From Selaginella moellendorffii (lineage: Eukaryota > Plantae > Lycopodiophyta), in assembly GCF_000143415.4 (NCBI RefSeq), contig NW_003314283.1, positions 1,540,330 to 1,604,329 of the forward strand: a stretch of 64,000 nt of DNA. Direction: 5' to 3'. Below are positions 60,395 to 64,000 of this stretch, piece by piece; position 1 is the first letter of the stretch, and each line of letters opens with the position of its first letter. The notes below the pieces were generated by a model, which worked only from the letters and a program-made list of their open reading frames with translations, was not told where the DNA came from and searched no databases. Both the position numbers and the translations under genes were made by a program.

Positions 60395-61950
60395 TGACAA
60401 GTTTTGGGAAGAGGCCTTGGGATGAGAGCTGTACGTCTTTGAACCTCCCGGTGTAAGAATTGACGTATGGTGTTGTGCTTGGCCTCGGAAGAAGCATTGA
60501 GAGGCATGAAAACAAACAGCGACCTCTTCCAAGGTGCCGATCATCTATTCTTTCAGTGTTTCAGCTTATTTGCTTTGCTCACACACCCGTGCAAGATTGC
60601 GAGGACAAGGCCAAGGAAACAACAGGCTCTCTCCTAGGAAGCTATTGGCAGTGAGGAATCGTAGTTTTTCAATGATTGATTTGCTTTTTTTTCCATGTAA
60701 ACATCGATGTACATTTTCTCTCCAAAGGCAATTCATTTTTCTTCTCTGCGAACGAGTTGGACAAGAACCATCACCATCACGGCGGACAAGGTTCCTAGCA
60801 GCCGCTTGGGCCAGTGTCGTACTACTGTGTGTACGAGCTCCTGCGCGGAATTTACGAGTCCCGGCCGCCCCAGCGCGTCCACCAAGCAGCAGTAGTGCTG
60901 CAGTGACGGTGGTCCACCGAAATCGATCCAAACCATCTCTGGATCATCGCTCCACGGTTGTAGTGATCACAATGATCATCCCCACGTCCGGGACAAAGCG
61001 TCGATTAGCATCCAGAGGTCATGGCATTTCGTTCCACGAGAACAGCACGACGGCATTCCGGAGATGTCCATACTGGACGTATGCGGCGATCATAGCGGTC
61101 CATGTCTCACGGCATTCCGGGCGTGGAAGTGATCCCGGGCGAGGTGGCCATTCTGGGCGTACGCTTCCACCGTCCACGAGACCACGTATCTCGCCAAGGA
61201 AGATCGCCGCAGCGGCATCCAGATCGCCCGGGGGCACGTGGGCAATGGCGATGGCACTGCTAGATTCAATCACTCCATGATCACGAGCCATCGCGAGCGC
61301 CCAAACGAGCGCATTCCAAGAGGATAGCGTGAGCTACGGCATCGATTCTAGCAACTCGCGAACGCGATTCAGGCGACACAAGTGCAGATCGGCGACGAGC
61401 ATCGCAGAGCACGTCACGACCGGCGCCAATTTAAATGCTTCTTTCCCGCTATGAATATCCCCTAGTTTGGCATTTGCAGAGATGATCAAAGTCGTAGAGA
61501 AAACGTCTTTCATGGGAATCTCTTCCAGCACACGAGAAGTTCCACCGCTAAAAAAACGATTTCGTGTGCCTCTAGAAGAGTTTTCCAGGAGACCATATCC
61601 CCTCCGGCATAGAGTCAAAAGCACGCTTGTTACTTTCTAGATCACCACTTTTGCCATAAGCCGCAAGCACAGAGTTCCAGGTTACTAGATCTCTGCAGGG
61701 CACCAGATTAAACATTATTATGTCATTTTTCAGGCAAGGGAATTCCAAGAGACGATGTCGGGAGCAAGAAGCCCATCAAACAATGCTTTTCCCTTTGGCA
61801 AAATGCCCGGTTTCGGCATATCCAGTGATTAATGCATTCCAGGCTACGGTATTTGCCACGGGCATGCGGCTCCAGAGCTCCTCCGCTAGCTCAATATCGC
61901 GTGGCTGGTATATGCAACCAGAAAGATTGTCCAGGAGAAGACAATGCTGG
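60395..61950. pseudogene. Decayed direct duplicate of 54127-56170 (CPL1 3' exons + PPR gene)
   Basis: Co-linear near-identical blocks (gacaagtt.tgggaagaggcc; ggaagaagcattgagaggcatgaaaacaaaca; ggttactagatctctgca; aatgcattccaggctacggtatttgccacgggcatgcggctcca), broken by many deletions and frameshifts. Confidence 0.9.
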
Positions 61951-62059
61951 ATATCACCGATCATGCAGTTACATTTTACTAATCTAATCTTTATACACCT
62001 CAATCAAAACTGAACTTGCCCATAACAGGCTTTATATAAGAAAAAAAAAAAATTCATCA

Positions 62060-64000
62060 TATACTTAATGTTTCTTCTCCCAGTTCAGAGTGTCTCGTCT
62101 CTTATAAAAACAAATCCACCCATTACCAACCTTTCGGCCAAAATAAACTTCGAACAACTTCAAACCAGGTTTCAACATCGTCCCCAAGATTTCATCTTTT
62201 AGCCGTGGATAAAACATCAAAGCTAGCAGTTCCTCCTCCTTCTTATCTTCCTGTAGAATTCATGTTAGTTTTATGTCACCGGTAAGGAAATTCAACCTCC
62301 TCCTCCGTGCCCCATTCTGCTGGGGGATCCCATTCTTTGAGTGGCTCCATGACAAAAGGGATGTAACAACCAATAATCGTCACATCCCCTGTGCATAGCT
62401 CAAAAGGCAGGTCATCTTTCGGGTTTGAGGTCTGTTTGCTTTGCTTAAGCTCCTCCTGTTAAACATTTTTTTAAGAAATTAGAGTATTTTAGTGAATCAA
62501 AATATACCTTCATAGTCTTCTCCTCTTCTTGTAACCAAAGTTTTGCTTTGGTTAAGCTTTGGAAAATCTCTTCTTTCGGGTAGCGCTCTCTCCAGATTGT
62601 CTCAAAACGTCGTAGAAAATCCCAAGGAGGTTCGTTTTGTGTCCAAGGCGGTGGTACTAGAGCACGCGAACAGACTAACTCCCCTATTAGTGATCTCGAT
62701 CTCACTAAGGCGTCACCCACATAATTTCTCTCACTCACAGCTCCCTATAATAAAGACAAGAGAGATAATTCATCCATAACTAGTACCATGACTCACCAGT
62801 AGGTGGGGAAACTCAACAAAGACTTTAGTAGGTCCACCATTGGCAGTTCTACCGTTTGTGAAGCAGACTGTGATTTGCAGTAGCTTATAACTCCCTTTGA
62901 CTCTTCGTCCTACAGTTAGTTTGGTGAAAAATAAACAAAAAAACTAAAGAAAAGCTACTTACGCTGTTCCAGTTGGAGACGATGAAGCGCGCTGGCATCG
63001 ATCCTCCGAATGGACAAATGCTCACCAGCCGAGTCCTGACGCTCACAAGCCCAATATGGGAGAGGAAGTTGTCGAGAGATTGATGGTGCTTCAGGTGTGC
63101 CAAAAATCTTGGGCGTGTATTTCCTGAAAGAATGCCATTCAGCTTCATTTGAATGCTGGAATGAATCATACCAGGTTGCTTGCACGCCTTGGAACCCTGC
63201 TCCAGGAGGCTTCTGCTTGCTATTGTAGAAGCAACAAAGCTTCTCTTGTCTTTCAACCTGTGAAAGACAGATTTTCAGCAGGAAGAAAGAGAATATACTG
63301 AGACATACCCATGCGTTTATAAACATAACCATGTTGGCAATCCTAGATTTTAAAACACGCCAAAGTTGCTCACTCCATTTTGTTGTTCCTTCTTTTTTCC
63401 GGAAAAGGAGTTTTCCTGCTTGTGACACAATCAGTGTCAAGGAACTCTTTATAAGAGCTTCCTCTCGTTCGCTTGGATCCACGACCTACAAAAACATGGA
63501 AATATATCACAGTCGGATGCAGCAAAAGAAAGAAAGGTCGAATAGCTTACTACTGGCCCTCCATCAGCAAAGAATCCAAAGGTAATGGCAACTGGGATAT
63601 CATGTATAACCTGGAAATGTTAAATCCAGATTAAGTCTAGAAAGTTTATTGCTGACTCACCGTTTCAGTAAGAGGCTGATCTCCCAAGGAGACAAGAGCA
63701 GCTATAGCAGCAAGTAAAGAAACATCAATGACACTTCTGCAATACAAAAAAAGAAAAACCAAAAAGACACGAGAATGAAGATTATGGATCTAAAGAACAC
63801 ATACCCTTCGTAGTCATGGATCTGGATGTGAATTTCCAGTCCCTTAGCGTGCGTCAAGAAATATAATTCGATGATGCTTTTCACGTCGTTGACAAGTTGA
63901 TGTGCCTGTCGAAATTCTGGAAGACGACATCTAGATTCAATCTCAACTTGAACGGTGAATTGTATGTGAGTCCTCACGCTCGCCCACACTCGACTGCCTC
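62060..64000 (-). pseudogene. Unidentified multi-exon gene or gene relic; 5' end lies beyond the window
   Basis: Exon-like ORF segments bounded by GT-AG sites (e.g. HDYEG|gtatgt; INAW|gtatgt...cacag|VERQEK). In-frame stops in the 3' part. No family recognised. Confidence 0.35.

Noticed and set aside
1-64000. CRISPR arrays, rRNA, LTR/RT/transposase genes, prokaryotic operons
   Set aside because: None seen; the sequence is intron-rich eukaryotic DNA, and the repeats found are mini/microsatellites or gene duplications.

Overview
Gene-dense plant nuclear DNA with very short (~50-90 nt) introns and short intergenic spacers. The architecture and the PLS-PPR gene suggest a lycophyte such as Selaginella; this is inference only. 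Conserved genes in order: full-size ABCG/PDR transporter, BSD2, lumen-targeted TPR protein, PBS1/PBL27-like RLCK, BZR/BES factor with a BAM7/8-like domain, KUP/HAK K+ transporter, Expp1-like secreted protein, then ORTH/VIM E3 ligase, sucrose transporter, LACS, an orphan coiled-coil protein, MSBP, proteasome beta-2 (PBB), CPL1 CTD phosphatase and a PLS-E PPR gene. An accessory island at ~20-35 kb interrupts this backbone. It holds a secreted jacalin with an altered sugar loop, a Crinkler-like P-loop NTPase + restriction-endonuclease-fold gene with two compensating frameshifts, and two diverging TPR-SET paralogues flanking an intact but apparently catalytically dead RibB (DHBP synthase)-like gene. 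Oppositely oriented decayed PIG-B copies bracket most of the island, and a third copy lies at 38-39.5 kb. A second Uma2/PD-(D/E)XK-like nuclease relic lies at the left edge. A decayed duplicate of the CPL1 3' end + PPR lies at 60.4-61.9 kb. Spans of spliced genes are hand-derived start-to-stop coordinates. No database searches were run.
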